Below, in pieces: positions 63,125 through 64,000 of a DNA stretch of 64,000 nucleotides; the stretch's first letter is position 1, and the number at the start of each line of letters is the position of its first letter. Origin of the DNA: Candidatus Marinacidobacterales bacterium (GTDB lineage Bacteria; Acidobacteriota; Vicinamibacteria; Marinacidobacterales; DATDRI01); contig OZ245365.1 in assembly GCA_965226495.1 (NCBI GenBank), positions 1-64,000 on the forward strand, read 5' to 3'. Under the pieces are notes generated by a model. The model was not told the origin of the DNA, did no database searches, and saw only the letters and a list, made by a program, of their open reading frames with translations. Position numbers and translations under genes: made by a program.

Positions 63125-63517
63125 ATGCCCGACATGAAGAGAACCAAGATTAGTCAGGTCGGCGCCGCCGAGCTCAGGAAAATAAAGATGCTAACTGGCC
63201 ATGAGATTCCTCTCGATGGGGATCTTCTGTACGTTTTGGAATCACTGTATCGGGAGGTCACCCTGAAACAGGAGCTCAAGGCGACCTTCGAGGACGTGAT
63301 GCAAGAGATCAACCACCTCGTGGAGGAGATGGACGAGGTTTCAAGAAAGCGCTATCTAGTCGAGAGTCTTTTCTTGAACACCGTGACTTATGAAAACGAA
63401 AGGCTGGGCGCGTATATGAAGACGCTGACCGGAGGGGCGGAGGAGGCTAAGGCGATCGACTCGGGTCAAACTGGCCAAACAGACAAGGCCGGTGAGCCGG
63501 AGAGTGAAGATTCTTAG
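63125..63517 (+). CDS. Hypothetical protein
   Basis: 130-aa ORF in the same operon. Confidence 0.7.
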   Translation: MPDMKRTKISQVGAAELRKIKMLTGHEIPLDGDLLYVLESLYREVTLKQELKATFEDVMQEINHLVEEMDEVSRKRYLVESLFLNTVTYENERLGAYMKTLTGGAEEAKAIDSGQTGQTDKAGEPESEDS

Positions 63518-63548
63518 CGTGAACAAAACGAACAACGAAGGAGAAACG

Positions 63549-63986
63549 ATGAAGAGACTAGCCGGCACGTTGTTAATGCTAGCTTGGATTGGTCTTCCGA
63601 CGATGACCGCGATGGGTCATCAGAGCAAGAGTGCGACCAAGCCGGTGAAGGGGCCGGCAATCGAAGTGACGCCAGAGTTACACGACTTCGGTAAAGTCGA
63701 GCAAAACCTTACCCTCGATACGGAGTTCGAGATCCGTAACATTGGTACGGTGGAAGTGAACATCGGACGTATCTCGACTTCTTGCGGTTGCACGGCGGCA
63801 CTCACTGCCGATCAATTGGTGAAGCCCGGCGAGTCGACGACTCTCAAGGTGACGCTGGAGACGAGGCGTTACAAGGGGCGCATTACGCGCAGCGTCTCCA
63901 TCGCGTCGGACGCCGTGAATAAAATCTCGACCGTCAAGGTAACGGCGTTCGTGCTCGAAACGACTGAGGAATTACCGCCGAGATAG
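63549..63986 (+). CDS. DUF1573 domain exported protein
   Basis: HDFG..F..RN.G..SCGCT..PGES. Confidence 0.8.
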   Translation: MKRLAGTLLMLAWIGLPTMTAMGHQSKSATKPVKGPAIEVTPELHDFGKVEQNLTLDTEFEIRNIGTVEVNIGRISTSCGCTAALTADQLVKPGESTTLKVTLETRRYKGRITRSVSIASDAVNKISTVKVTAFVLETTEELPPR

Positions 63987-64000
63987 GTTTCCCTAGAAAG

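Overview
The window has two halves that meet at a tRNA-Ser(UGA) gene (33590-33675, minus). The right half (about 34-64 kb) is ordinary bacterial core genome of fairly high GC. It carries an EAL protein, serS, galU, a TPR-kinase, xerC-trmFO-topA-dprA, a BamA-like protein, rplU-rpmA-obgE-nadD-rsfS, a LapAB-like protein, comF and an ECF sigma-STAS pair; an Acidobacteriota-like host is my inference only. The left half (1-33.5 kb) is a decayed genomic island. From 1 to 24 kb it is a patchwork of more than 20 copies of a few transposon ends and MITEs, each abutting an unrelated gene fragment: defence helicases, group II intron 3' ends, TnpB, a serine recombinase, a UGA(Sec) peroxiredoxin and several IS families. 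From 24 to 29.6 kb lie an HNH-DUF429 / Nmad3-Nmad2 cluster and a rearranged type I hsdR. From 29.9 to 33.5 kb is a tRNA-anchored module: P4-like integrase stub, hypothetical gene, AlpA, small ORF, ParB-like gene and an intact IS91-type Y2 HUH protein, the last three translationally coupled. The best candidates for undescribed systems are this AlpA-ParB-IS91 module, the Nmad2/Nmad3 nuclease cluster and the CGTC-ended long-TIR transposon family with its nested MITEs. All family calls come from motif recognition by eye; no database searches were run.
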